Assembly (NCBI GenBank): GCA_964016885.1
Contig: OZ024743.1
Coordinates: 249,674,001 to 249,738,000 of the forward strand
Length of the DNA: 64,000 bases
Direction: 5' to 3'
From: Eledone cirrhosa
Taxonomy: Eukaryota
The translations under genes were made by a program, and so were the position numbers. This document shows positions 38,755-51,851 of the stretch, one piece after another (the stretch's first letter is position 1; every line of letters starts with the position of its first letter). The notes under the pieces were generated by a model. The model worked only from the letters and a program-made list of their open reading frames with translations, ran no database searches and was not told where the DNA came from.

Positions 38755-39836
38755 CACACGCGAAGCGACCAAATTTAACCCAGCGACTACAACAGCAACA
38801 ACAACAACAACAACTGCCACCACCATCACTGACATCATCCACCACCACCATCACTATCACCAGCGATCAGTCTTAAGAAGAAAACAACAACTATAATAAT
38901 TGTTTCTATTTTTAGCACAAGACCAGCAATTATCCCAGTGCATTACTAGTACTTTATTTTATTGACCCCGTAAGGATGAAAGGCAAAGTTAACCTCGGCG
39001 GGATTTGAACTCAGAAAATAAAGTGAGGTAACTATTTGATGCGAAGCAGTGTCCGACGCTCTGCCGATTCTGCCAATCCAACAACAACTATAATAATAGT
39101 AATTATTCTGTTCTTGGCACGGGGCAGCGATTGTCCCAGCGCATTGCTGGTGCTTTGTTTTGGGCTTGGAGCATGGAGGGCTGTAGCTCTATGCTGTAAA
39201 ACAAACAATTATTATAATAATTGTTTCTACTTTTGGCACAAGGCCAGCAATTATCCCAGTGAATTACTGGTACTTTATTTTATCGACCCCGTAAGGATGA
39301 AAGGCAAAGTTAACCTTGGCGGGATTTGAACTCAGACGGCAAAAGGCCGTAGCTCTATGCTGCAATAATACTGAACAGTAACACTCGGCTTCAATTATAT
39401 GAGCTCCTTCTAAAGTCAACAGTTGACATGATCTTGTATCAGTAATGACGGTAATATATGTATGTGTGTGTGAGTGGCGTGTGTTGGTGTGTGAGTGTAT
39501 GTGCCGTACGTATGAGTGTCAAGTGATTATTATTTTTTTTTTTTTTCTTTTCGCGGGGAGATAGAAATAATCGAGCTAGATACCCGATCGCACAGTTAAA
39601 CCACTGGGAGTGAAGGACCCCTAGCCCTTGTCAGAGCATTTTTCTAGGAGAAGGCATCTAGGAAACTGGGTTAATTCCGACATAAAACCTGCGGCTCAGT
39701 AGTATACCGATGATGTTGATCTTTTCTTCTTTTCGGGTTATAGCTACTGTCGCTCAGAGAGTGGGATTGGCTCAGCGCACAGTCTTTCCTCACTTTAAAA
39801 ATATTCTTCACGCACAAGCATTGCACGATTGCATTA
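38750..39836. repeat. Duplicated composite block, copy 3 (more diverged)
   Basis: aaagtcaacagttgacat, tagaaataatcg...gatcgcacagttaaaccactggg and cattgcacgattgcatta occur in the same order as in 20020-21027. Confidence 0.8.
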
Positions 39837-40189
39837 ATTAATAACTATTAATAGTGTTATTGTTATTGTTATTATTGTTGTGACCATGCTGTAAAATGGA
39901 TGGGTAGAGAGGGCCCATGAGTCCAGTAAGACATCTCTCTAGTGCTGGTGGCACGAATAAAAGCACCCAGTCCATGCTGTAAAGTTGCACTGGTGTTAGG
40001 AAGGGCATCTAACCAGTGTATTAATGCCAAAACAATTATGAGCACAACAACAAATATATATCGCAATAACTGCATAAACAGCAATAGCACTAACCATGTT
40101 AGGGCTGTGCACATTAGTGGGGTGGCTGGTGCGGCCATGTGCGAGAACACCCTGACCGTCTTCAAGCAATCGCACTACAGGAAAAGGAA

Positions 40190-42842
40190 CAACAAAAATA
40201 TGAAGACGCCGCATCTCAGAGTTGCAACACTTAATGTTGGCACTCTCACAGGTAGATGTGGTGAAATAGTGGAGATGCTGGAGAGAAGGCATGTGGATGT
40301 GTGCTGCGTGCAAGAGGTGAGATGGAGAGGTGCCTCTGCGAGACTAATCGCAGGCAAACATCTTAGTTATAAGCTTTTCTGGGTAGGTAAGGATGATGGG
40401 TTAGGGTGAGTAGGCATTTTCCTGCTGAGAAATGGATCAATAAGACAATAGAGGTAGTTCGAGTTAATAATAGAATAATTAAGCTTAGATTAGTTGTAGG
40501 CAGGAGACTACTGACAATCATCTCTGCCTATGCTCCCCAAGCAGGCCAAGGTAAAGAAGAGAAAGACTGCTTTTACGAGAAACTTTTATAAACAGCTGCA
40601 ATGACAGAGGATGGAGACATCGTTATGCTAGCAGGAAATTTCAATGGTCATGCTGGACAGCTCCAGGATGGTTACACTGGGGTACATGGTGGGCACGTTT
40701 ACGGTTCAAGAAATGAAGGAGTGAGACTTCTTGAATTTTGTGATGCAAGTACACTGACCATTTGCTACACTAACTTCCAGAAACCTGCCAACCACTTAAT
40801 AACCTACAAATCAGGCAAGCACATAAGCCAGATTGACTTCTTACTAGTTAGGCAGCAGGACAGGCAGATGGTGTCAAATACCAAGGCATACCCCGGGGAA
40901 GAATTTACCCCACAGCATAGGTTAGTCGTTAGTGATATCTCAGTAAGCAAGAGATGGAATGAGACATATAGGAAGGTGTGGAGAAGAAAGGTCTGGAAGC
41001 TAAAAGACCTTTCACTAAAATACAAATTTAGGAAAGCCCTTCAAGATGTGTATGACGAAAAAGAAGACGATTTAGAGTCATATGACATAGATGATAACTG
41101 GAATTTCTTACGTGACAACTTACTGCAGGCTACTGAAGAAACTTGTGGCTGGAGCAGAGCTGGTGGTGGAACAGCACGGTACATAGGGCCATTAGAGACA
41201 AGAGACTAGCATGGAAGGCTTGGAAAAAGGGTGGGAGTAGAGAAGGATATACAGCCGCTAAGAGAGAAGCTAGACGTCAGGTGTACTTAGCATGCAGGGA
41301 GGCTGAGAGGAGGAGGTTTGCCAATCTTCTGCGACGGGAAGATCAGAGATGTGTGGTGTTCCTCATTGCAAGGCAGTGTGTCAATACAAATCAGGAAGTT
41401 GTTGGAGATAAATGTTTCTGGAATGATGCCGGTGTACTTAGTGTCACGAATGATCAGAAAAAGGAGGCCTGGAAATGTCATTATGAGAGACTGATGAATG
41501 TGGAGAACGAATGGGAGAGAGAAATTACCCTCAGTAGATCTGACAGAGGGACCAGCTATTGAGATTGATGAGTATAGGGTCCAAGAGGCGATTAAGGAAA
41601 TGAAAAATGGTAAGGCCGCTGGACTGCCAGGGATAGTTACTGAGATGTTGAAAGCATCAGGGAACGTAGGCACTAAACTGGTTGCACGCATCATCAATCA
41701 GGCTATATATGGCGGTGTCATGCCCAAAGACTGGTGCAGCAGTATTCTCATAAATTGCTACAAAGGTAAAGGGGATGCTCTGGAGAGTCCTCCAAGCCAT
41801 AACAGAGGAGTTTAAGACTGGCTGTCCATGGGAACCTCTCTATGCTGATGATCTGGTTCTTATAGCAGAATCAGTAGAGGAGCTAGAGAATAAATTCTGA
41901 CTATGGAAACAGAAGTTGGAATCAAGAGGACTGAGAGTGAACATAGCTAAGACGAAGGTGTTGATGAGTAGAAAAAAGGACAAAACTCTGATTCCATCAA
42001 GGAAATGGCCATGTTCGATATGCAGAAAAGAAACTGGTATAAATTCTATAAAATGCACACAATGCAGATCTTGGGTACACAAGAGATGTAGTGGGATAGC
42101 AGGCAAACTAACAGGTAGGGAGAAATACATATGCAGTAGATGTACAGGGAAATTAGACAGTAAAAGTCACATTGATAGACACATTTTTCAAATGCAGGTA
42201 GGTGCTATAGAAGTGGTTGTTAGCTTCCGGTACCTAGGAGATCAGATTAGCATGGGAGGGGGCTGTTCCGAGGCCATAGTATCTAGAATAAGGACGGGTT
42301 GGAAGAAGTTTAGGGAGCTGCTTCCTCTGCTGACGAAGATGGGTTACTCCCTGCATACAAAAGGCTGGTTATATAATGCCTGTGTGAGGAGCGCGATGCT
42401 GCATGGTAGTGGGACATGGGTAGCAACTGCAGAGGATATGCGACAGCTGGAGAGAAATGAGGCAAGCATGCTCCGTTGGATGTGCAATGTAAATGTGCGT
42501 GAACGACCCAGCATGAATGTGTTGAGAGAGAAACTGTGTCTGAGAGGGATAGAATGTAGAGTGCGAGAGAGGAGACTGCGGTGGTATGGACATGTGATGT
42601 GCATGGAGGATGACCGATGGGTGAAGAAGTGCCAGGAAATGCCAGTTGAAGGAAGATGTCGTAGAGGTAGACCTCAAAAAACATGGGCGGAGGTGGTGAG
42701 AACAGACCTCAGATTGCTGAAGCTCACGGTGTAGATGACGAAGGACCATGACGAGTGGAGAGATGCTGTGCTGAATAAGACCTGTCCCACCCATGCAAGC
42801 AGGGAAAAGTGGATGTAAAATGATGATGATGATGATGATGTA
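40190..42842 (+). mobile_element. RTE/RTEX-like LINE with a PHD-like Cys-rich insert in the RT; degraded and internally deleted at ~41790
   Basis: RVATLNVGTLTG, CVQEVRW, SAYAPQ, QHRLVV, LYADDL, WPCSIC...CTQC..WVH..C...CSRC, RLRWYGH, (GAT)n tail. Confidence 0.85.
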
Positions 42843-42934
42843 CCATCTCCACCACCTCTGACATTGGATTCTATTACAACTATGGAATTTACACCTGCAA
42901 TGCTGCGACATCACCTTAAAAATAAACGCAACGT

Positions 42935-43230
42935 GAACGGCAAAGCATAAATGAACTAAGGGAGAAATTAGGAATAAGAGGAATCAGATGTTGTTTACTC
43001 GAGAGAAGACTACGTTAGTATGGTCACATGATGCGCATGAAAGACGACAGCTGTATAAAAAAGTGCAAGACAATAAAAATAGATGGTAGCCACGGAGTAG
43101 GCAGACCCAGAAAAACCTGGGACGACTTGATAAATTCCGACCTCACACACTTACACCTCTCCAAGACAATGTCACTGGACCGAGATCTTTGGCGTTACAC
43201 AGTAATACAGAAGACCCGCCTTGCCTAAGT
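42935..43230 (+). mobile_element. 3' fragment of the same RTE-like family
   Basis: GHMMRMKDDSCIKKC...GRPRKTW. Confidence 0.7.
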
Positions 43231-43614
43231 ACAAAGCGAAACCTAGTCAGTAGGCACCTCTAACAAAAATACACCCCCGTCCCACCACCCCCACCCCATC
43301 CACACCACCCCTTTCGATGTAAAGTTATGTTGGTACCACATCCAGTCCGAAATAAATGAGGTCGTGTAGGTGTCACGAAAAAAAAAACACACAGTCCACG
43401 CTGTAATGTGGCCGTGTATGTAACACGGTAAAAACCTCCCAGTCCACACTGTAAACGTGGTTGGTGTTAGGAAGGGCATCCAGCCATAGAAAACCCGCCA
43501 GACAGTCCTATACGAGCAAGACAACCAATCTTGCCTCAAGTGGGAAAACTCCCGTCCAAACCCATGTAAGCGTGGAAGATGGACGTTAAACGATGATGAT
43601 GATGATGATGATGC

Positions 43615-45210
43615 AACCTTGCCTTCCTGGTCTTTATGGTGTTACATACCTGCTTCTCAAAGGTGGTCGGTACTTCCTTCTGTACCAGCTATCACGATTC
43701 TTCCAATTCTGTCTGAACAATTGTGCTACACCAGAACAGTGGACAACTGCCAGTGTCATTCCTCTGTTCAAAAAGGGTGACTGCACATCACCTGTCAACT
43801 ATCATTCAGTCAGTCTTACTAGCTGCATTGCCAAACTGATGGAATCCTGCGTCAGAGAAACACTTTGAAACTTCTGGAACTCTCACAGTCTTATCCGGCC
43901 CTCGCAATCTGGATTTATCCCTAACTCCAGCTGCTGTGATCAAGTTATCGAGTTTCTTGAAGACATCACCCAGATCACTGATGGCAGCTCATGGGTAGAT
44001 GTGGTTTACCTTGACTCTGCTAAAACTTTCAATTCTGTGCCACACAAAAGACTTATGGCAAAACTCTCTGCAAAAGGTGTGAAGGATGATCTTTTTAACT
44101 GGTTGAAGTCCTTCATTCTCAGTTGAAGAGAGGTAATCAAGGACAGCATTCCTCACCATATCAGATGTCATCTGGTGTACCACAGGGATCTGTTCTTAGC
44201 CCCCTTTTGTTTGTGGCATATATTAATGACAGAGATGCCAACTTAAAGAATGTCACAGTACTGAAATATGCAGATGACATCAAGCTATACCTTGAGATAA
44301 AAAGGACAGATCCTAAACACTATAGATCTTTCCTGCAATCAGACCTGGACACAATGCAACAATAGATCATGGACTGGCAACCGAAGGTGTTACAAGTGTA
44401 CCACCATGCATTTTGGGAGTAAAAACCCAGTGTCCATAAACTCCCTCCACAACACTAATATCAAGAAGTCTTCTTATGAAAGTGACCTGGGCATTACTGA
44501 CAGCAGCGATTTGCGTTAGAGGAAGCACATCTCTAAAATTGTCGAGAAGGCCGAGGGTGTCTTAGCACCTCTGTCAGCCACTCTCCAGCTATCTATTTAA
44601 AGCTGTATATAGCTATGGTGTGGCCACACTTAGAATTTGCATCACCAGTCTGGAACCCCTATCTTGCTCAGAGCATTGACCGCCTGGAAACAGTTCAGGG
44701 ACGTGCAACCAAGCGAATACCCTCCATCAGGCATCTACCATACTCTGAACGCCTTGCTTCCCTGGGCATAGATACATTGAAGCTCTGACGCCTGGCAACT
44801 GACTTGGTAAACACCCACAAAATTATTAACCATCTTGTCAACAACAACCCTGAGTACTTTTTTGATTTCCATGTGTCTAACACACGTGGGCATGCCTACA
44901 AAGTCAGAAAACAGCACAGCTCCCATGACTTTCAGAAACATTTTTTCACGCTCAGAGTTGCTGAAGCATGGAACAAACTACCTGCATCAGTTGTTAGCTG
45001 TCGAGACACTGCATCCTTTAAAATCTCCATGCTTCCTGAGATTCGCCAACTCTACACCTAATATTCCCTTTCATACACACGCACACATGTATATCATAAC
45101 TCATACACTATTTACTTCCCTGACATTTGTACATTATTCTATGTACTATACATGCACCTTTGATGAGTTGTAGTGCACCTGAGCACTGTACACAATAATT
45201 TCATTATCAT
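43615..45210 (+). mobile_element. CR1-type LINE 3' part (RT, degraded)
   Basis: VIPLFKKGD, NYxxVSLTS, SGVPQGSVLSPLLF, KYADDIKL, TRGHAYK, WNKLP; 3' end cacctgagcactgtacacaataatttcatt. Confidence 0.88.
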
Positions 45211-45976
45211 AGGGAGGAGAGGTTCTCAATCATTTGAAAAAAAATACTAAAATAAAGAAGCCAATCTTGAGATTGGATCTAGGAAACAGTGTTTCCTTTG
45301 GTTTTTTCCATTACCGATAATATCTGCTGGTTGTAACTCCTGGCAGAAAGCAGCGGGATTTGAACTCAGAACATACAAAGCCAGATCAGACACAGCAAAA
45401 TATCTTGTCACACTATTTAACAATTTCAGCAATCCACTGCCTCTGGACTGGAACTTTATTTATCATCTCTGAAATAATGAAAGTTAAATTTGACCTCAGC
45501 AGGATTTGAACTCTTAATGCTTAGAGCCAGATCAGACACTACAAAGTATTCCCTCTGACTTTTTAATAATTCCACCAATCTACCATCCCTGGAATGGTAT
45601 TTTATATATCTACCCTAGAAGGATGAAATGCAATGTTGACCTTGATGAGATTTGAACTTTCACTCCACCAATTTAATGTGTCAACAAATAAATATGTTAG
45701 CCCTGTTCATGCAAAACTGGATGAAACTGTCCTTGTCTATTTTAAGGTGTTTTTATTTATGTAAACTCCTTCCATCGTAATTTAATGTAAGAACATTTGT
45801 TAAGTTACATTCCAAACATCATTTCACTAATGATGATAAAGTAAGTTACGTTTTTAGTAATAATACTTTGTTTGTAATGGTAGCAAGAGAGGTTCACAAC
45901 GGTACAATTGATAAAGATAGCAATTCGATGTTGGACTGATATGTTGGTAGCGATTACTACTTCAGGAAAACAGAGA

Positions 45977-46511
45977 TGTAATAATGATGTTCATATTCCA
46001 TGGTAGTGGAAAAGATCAGAAGGCGTAGTTAAACATAATAAAGATTTATTTTTGCTTAACATGGACGCATGTACAAAGGGTGTGAAGTGGTACAGATATT
46101 TTGTGTAATAAGGCTGACATGTAATGGCAAATCTCTTAAATCAAGTACTTTGTAACCAAGTTGTGGGTTACGGTAAATCTCCTAAAAGCCATATAATGAA
46201 ACTACTCTCATTGTTAGAGAGCAAAGTCATAGGAGTAGGGAAGCCATTATGAGCTGCTAGTCGATGACTCCAAAACGCAACTGGTGGGTAGTTTTGAAAG
46301 ATGGTGCATCGATCAGTAAAGCCATTTGTAAGGTGCTGGTGTTGACGAAATGCAAAGTGCAACTGCTGGCTAGAACTGAAAAAAGGCACGAAGCAACTGC
46401 TGGGCGGAAGGCGTCTTTTGTATTCATATGCCACCAACCCTAAGGGCTGGCAAGTGTTAAAGCACAACCAAATTACTCTGCAGCGATAAAATAGGGCCAT
46501 TGCTTGCTACA
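45977..46511 (-). mobile_element. Possible solo LTR
   Basis: TGTA...TACA termini and an AATAAA near the 3' end on the minus strand. No target-site duplication seen. Confidence 0.25.
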
Positions 46512-46632
46512 CATTTATAAAACCCTCTAAACTCTTGACTATTTTCAAAATTTTTCTATAATTATATGCAGTGCTTTTCATTAGAAATATGGTAGCAAAA
46601 GGGTTTTAAATATTTGTTCTGTTTTTCTCCAG

Positions 46633-46736
46633 TTTGATTTGGTTTGTGGAAGAGAATGGATGAAAAACGTTGCTGTGTCAATTCAATTTACAGGAACTCT
46701 TTTCGGAAATTTGGTATTTGGTGTATTTTCAGACAA
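46633..46736 (+). CDS. SLC22 exon (FDLVC...FGVFSDK), 104 nt
   Basis: tttttctccag| and AA|gtaagt. Continues SIVSE|FDLVC, the SLC22 signature; 104 nt is the typical size of this SLC22 exon. Confidence 0.93.
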
Positions 46737-47785
46737 GTAAGTATGAAATGTTGAGCTTCAATAAGAATGGGACTTAAAATACATATTTTGACAAGCTGAT
46801 AACATTGGCAAAACACCTAAATAAGCTGTCACCATTCATAATGATTATTAGATTAACTCTATTCACAGTCCTTAATTTGGTGGATATTTAGTGTTTATTA
46901 CACAAATAATACATAAAAAAACATTTAATTTCTAATATGTATTTGTAATAATAACAGTAACAACAACAAGAAATGTTTTAAAGCTATTTTCTGTGCTAAA
47001 GCAGGGATTAAACATGCAGGACCAGTGACAGATTTCCCATTTTGCCCTATAATCTAAATACCCTCTGATGATGGTGATGGGTGATGATGATATATATATA
47101 TTGTATAAATAGAGTACATATTGTGTGTATATATAAGGAGCAAGTACTATATATATATAAGGCGATGACACATGACCGTGACCTCTGGCGTCATGCAGTA
47201 ATACAGAGTACCCGACCTCCCATGGGTACAAGCCGAAAGCTGAAGCATATAGACAATATGCCCCCACACCCTCTCACTGCAAAGTGGTCATGGAGGTGCC
47301 ACGGCAAAAAAGCACCCAGCCCACACTGTAAAGTGGACGTGTAGGCGCCACGAAAAAAGCACCCAGCACTCATTGTAAATGAGGTTGGTGTTAGGAAGGG
47401 CATCCAGCTGTAGAAATCAAGCCAAAATCAGTTCCTGTATGAGCAAGGCATGGTCAGCCGATCAGACACTGCCCACAACAAGACAACCCGTCTAATCCAT
47501 ACTAGCAACGGACGTAAAATGGTGATGATGATGAGTGGTAAAAAACAGGCGGTTATATCTGAAGTTCGTCGAGAACTCAGTCCAAAGGACAAATTCAGTA
47601 TAGAGTTAGGTCCACAACAAATATATATATATAATGTATGTATATCTACACATAATCAGAGTATGAAAAGTGACTGATGTCTTTAAGAAGTAGAAAAATA
47701 AGTGAAAATAAGACATTTTATTCCCAAAAGATTGAATCAATTATTTGACTATTAAACGACTATATCCTTTTTAACTTTTTTCCAG

Positions 47786-47940
47786 ATTTGGACGCTTTAA
47801 AGCGTTTTGCATTGGAGAAGCATTGTACCTATGTTGCGGTATTTTGAAAATCTTTTCACCAATTTATAATGTCTTCATCACCTTCTACTTCTTTGAAGGT
47901 TTTGGATATGGTGGCATCTATATCACCCTATACACCCTCT
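47786..47940 (+). CDS. SLC22 exon (KFGRFKAF...YITLYTL), 155 nt
   Basis: ttttttccag| and T|gtaagt. Completes MFS motif A (SDKFGR). Phases 2 to 1 are consistent with the neighbouring exons. Confidence 0.9.
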
Positions 47941-48599
47941 GTAAGTCTTTGGAAAATTCCTCATATTGCTGTGTGGTTCAAGATTTTGTTTCATAGCCAT
48001 GTGGTTCTGGGTTCAGTCTTCTACTATAGTTTCATGATGAACAATGAGTGTGACTGATATTTAATAGATGGAAACTACAGTAGTGTGTATGTGTATATAT
48101 ATATATATATATGTGTATATATATATCATCATCATTATCATCACTGTTTAACGTGCATTTTTCATGCTAGCATGGGTTAGATGGGTTGTTGCCCCACTTT
48201 GAGGCGAGTTGGGTTAGGTGACCATGTTTTGCTCACACAGAACCATTTCTGGCTTGATTTCTATGGCTGAATGCCCTTCCTAACGCCAATCATATTTACA
48301 GTGTGTGCTGGGAGCTTTTTGTTGACTGCTACATGACCACTTTACAGTCTGGGCTAGGTGCTTTTTATCGTGACACCTACACGACCACTTTACAGTGTGG
48401 GCTGGGTAGTTTTGACGTGACAACTTCATGACCACTTTATAATGTGGGCTGGGTGCTTTTTGCTGTGTTGCCATCACAACCACTTTACAGTGTGGGCTGG
48501 AGGCTTCACTAGATGTATGCCATAGCCTATTCTCATGAGAGATCTATGGGAGGGTGGTGGTGGTGCATACTATATATATGTATGCTTCAGCTTCAGCTT

Positions 48600-49910
48600 G
48601 TGTCCATGGGAAGACAGGTCTTCTGTATTACTGCATAATGCCAATGATCCCTGTCCTGTGTCATCATCTTTGAGAGGTGCAATTGGGCAAGATTAGCTTT
48701 TATCACCTAAATCCAAGTCTTCCTGGGTCTCCCCACTTCAAGGCTTCCATAGACTTTGAGCACTCTGCGCCTTTTTATACAGCTGTCATCCTTCATACGC
48801 ATTGCATGTCCATACCAACGTAACCTCCTATCCTGCACACTGCATCTGATTCCTCTTATGTCTAGTTTATCTCTCAGTTCATTTATACTTTGCCATTCAT
48901 GTAAATTACAATTACAGATCCAACTGAGCATGCAAGCTTCATTTCTTTCTAATGTACACAAGTCTTCTGCACACAGTGCCCAGGTATCACTACCATGCAA
49001 CATTGCTGTTTGTATGCATGCATCATACAGTCTGCCTTTCATTTTGAGGGAAAACCCTTTTGTAGCTAGCACTGGTAGTAGTTCTCTGAACTTCTTATAT
49101 ACCATTCTCACTCAAGCTACTATACATTCAGAACACCCACCTCCGCTGCTAATTTGATCATCCAGGTAGCAGAAGCTGTCTACTGCATCTACCAAACCAT
49201 CCCAGAATTTGATAGCGCTTGTTTCCTGTGGTCGTTTGCGGTTTACTGCCCTGGTGCAGCAGCTACATGTAAAACTTACATTTTTTGCTAAACTTCCTGA
49301 GATCCCACATCTCTTGTATACCTCTAGTTTGCATTTGGGACAGAGGATGGAATTTCTACCTACACCTTTCCTACACACTGAGCAAGGCCATTTCCCCAAG
49401 AGGATCAGGGTTCTGTTTTCTCTTCTACTTACTAGGACCTTAGTCTTTGTCAGGTTGACTTTAAGACCCCTTTGCTTCTAGGCTCTGCTTCCATGTTTAG
49501 AATTTCTTCTATAGTTCCACCATAGACCCCGCTGTGAGTGTAAGTTCATCTGTGTACAGGAGTTTCCATGGGTAGCCAGTCTTAAACTTCTCTGTTATAG
49601 CCTATAGTATGATGATAAACAGGGGAAGGCTAAGAACAGAGATACCAACCTGCACACTAAAATTCCTTGCTACAGTCATTATTAATCCTAATTTGGCTGA
49701 CAGCTCCCCTGTACATGGTTTGTACAGCCTTCACAAGCCACTAACCTACTCCTAGTTATCAAAGATTCCACCAAATTATGGCTCAGGACCCTCTGTCAAA
49801 AGATTTCTCCAGATCAACAAATGTCAGGTAGAGTGGCTTACTTTTAGCTAGGTACTTTTCCTGCAGCTGCTTCACAAGGAAGAGAGCATCAGTGGTGCTT
49901 TTGCCATTTT
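48600..49910 (-). mobile_element. RTE/RTEX-like LINE fragment (PHD-insert family)
   Basis: GKWPCSVCRKGVGRNSILC, KKFRELLP, RLRWYGH, GRPRKTW. Confidence 0.82.
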
Positions 49911-51064
49911 ACATCTGTTAAATGAATTGTTGCACTCTAAGGCTAGAGAAATCGACCACCATGTCTTGCTCATACATTCCATTCTGGCATGGTTCGGTTT
50001 CTATTGCTGGGTCTCCTTCCTAATGCCAACCACTTCATGGCATGCATCAGGTTTGTTTTCTTGTGATACCATCACTACCACCTGACAGGGTGAGCTGTGT
50101 GCATTTTTCATGGCACTAGCATTATCACTTTACAGTGTGAGCTAGGTGCATTTTATCATGGTACTAGCACTACCACTTTACAGTGGGTTTGATACATTTT
50201 ATTATGGCACCAGTACTTCCAACTTCCAGTGTGGGCTGAGAGCTAAGTGCATTTTATTGTGGTACCATTACTACCACATTCCAGCACTAGCATGCTTGCA
50301 TCCCTGGTTGAGTTGAGAGGACAGTGATCAGGAATGGTGGTGGAGGGGGAGGGGGGTGCAGTCTGTTACTAGAGGAAGGGGTGGGGTGGCCTTAGGATAA
50401 GTTGGTGACGTCTGGTAGCACTGCGTGTGTGTTGTGGGGTGAGCATGGCTTTCCATTCTGGCATGGTTGGGCAAGAAGAAAGAGAATTCTGGGATAAATT
50501 TGGCAGTGCAGGCTGTGGAGGAGAAGGGTTAAGGGTGAGTAAGTGTTGGGGTGTAGGATGGTCTTTGTGAGAGGGAGAGAAAGAGTGAGTAAGCAAAGTC
50601 TGGCAGTACAGTGAGAGTGCATCTGCCTTTGGGTAGGAGTCAGAGATGTGAAGAGGGAGAGTCTAGGTGGATGGGGTAATGACTGTGATGGGAGAGATGA
50701 AGTATGCTAGAGGAGAAGACTAGATGATGGAAATAACTAGTGAGGGGGTGGTGGGAGATGAAAGGGGCAGCATAAGTGTTGTTATATAATTTTGCCTTTC
50801 CTATATACATATCGCAGGCAGCCTTTCAACCATTTGAGGTTGATAAAAAAAATACCAGTCTAGTACTGGGATTGATTCTTCCTCTATATCTCGTTCACAC
50901 TTCCTCTCTATCACTCTCTATCATTCTCTGGAAGAAATCTGCTGGATTCATTCCTGGAGAAGAGATGGGCTCTACTTGGCATAAAAAATGCCCTAGAAAT
51001 ATTGTATGTCAATATGCCACCCCAATGACTCAATCAGGAGTTACAGGACTATATACATATATAT

Positions 51065-51718
51065 AATAATAATGAAATTATTGTGTACAGTGCTCAGATG
51101 CACTACAACTCATCAAAGGTGCATGTATAGTACATAGAATAATGTAAAAATGTCAGGGAAGTGAATAGTGTATGAGTCATGATATACATGTGTGCGTGTG
51201 TATGGAGGGGGAATATTAGGTGTAGTGTTGGCGAATCTCAGGAAGCATGGGGGTTTTAAAGGAATCAGTGTCACGACAGCTAACAACTGATGCAGGGAGT
51301 TTGTTCCATGCTTCAGCAACTCTGAGCGTGAAAAAATGTTTCCGAAAGTTCTGGGAGCTGTGCTATTTTCTGACTTCGTGGGCATGCCCACATGTGTTAG
51401 ACACATGGAAATCAAAAAAGTACTCAGGGTTGTTGTTGGCAAGATGGTTAATAATTTTGTGGGTGTTTACCAAGCCAGTTGCCAGGCGTCGGAGCTTCAA
51501 TGTATCCATGCCCAGGGAAGCAAGGCGTTCAGAGTATGGTAGATGCCTGATGGAGGGTATTCGCTTGGTTGCACATCTCTGAACAGTTTCAGGTGGAGAA
51601 TGTTCTGAGCAAGATAGGGGTTCCAAACTGGTGATGCAAATTCTAAGTGTGGCCGCACCATAGCCATGTACAGCTTTAAATAGATAGCTGGAGAGCGGCT
51701 GACAAAGGTCTTGCTGAG
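51065..51718 (-). mobile_element. CR1-type 3' fragment, inverted relative to 44570-45210
   Basis: Reverse complement of the 3' part of the 43615-45210 element. Confidence 0.88.
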
Positions 51719-51796
51719 TGATATATATATATATTTATTCTTTATTATGACTAAGTAATGAATCTTTTTACTTTGGAGTTTCACCTGTGTACTCAC

Positions 51797-51851
51797 AGTC
51801 TTGCCTGATGATTCTGTGAGTACACAGATGAAACTCCAAAGTAATAAGACT
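51797..51851 (+). ncRNA. Type I hammerhead ribozyme candidate (PLE-derived fold-back remnant 51729-51880)
   Basis: agtcttgc CTGATGA t tctgtg-agta-cacaga t GAA act-ccaa-agt A | ataagact: all three stems and a GUA triplet are present. Confidence 0.7.
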
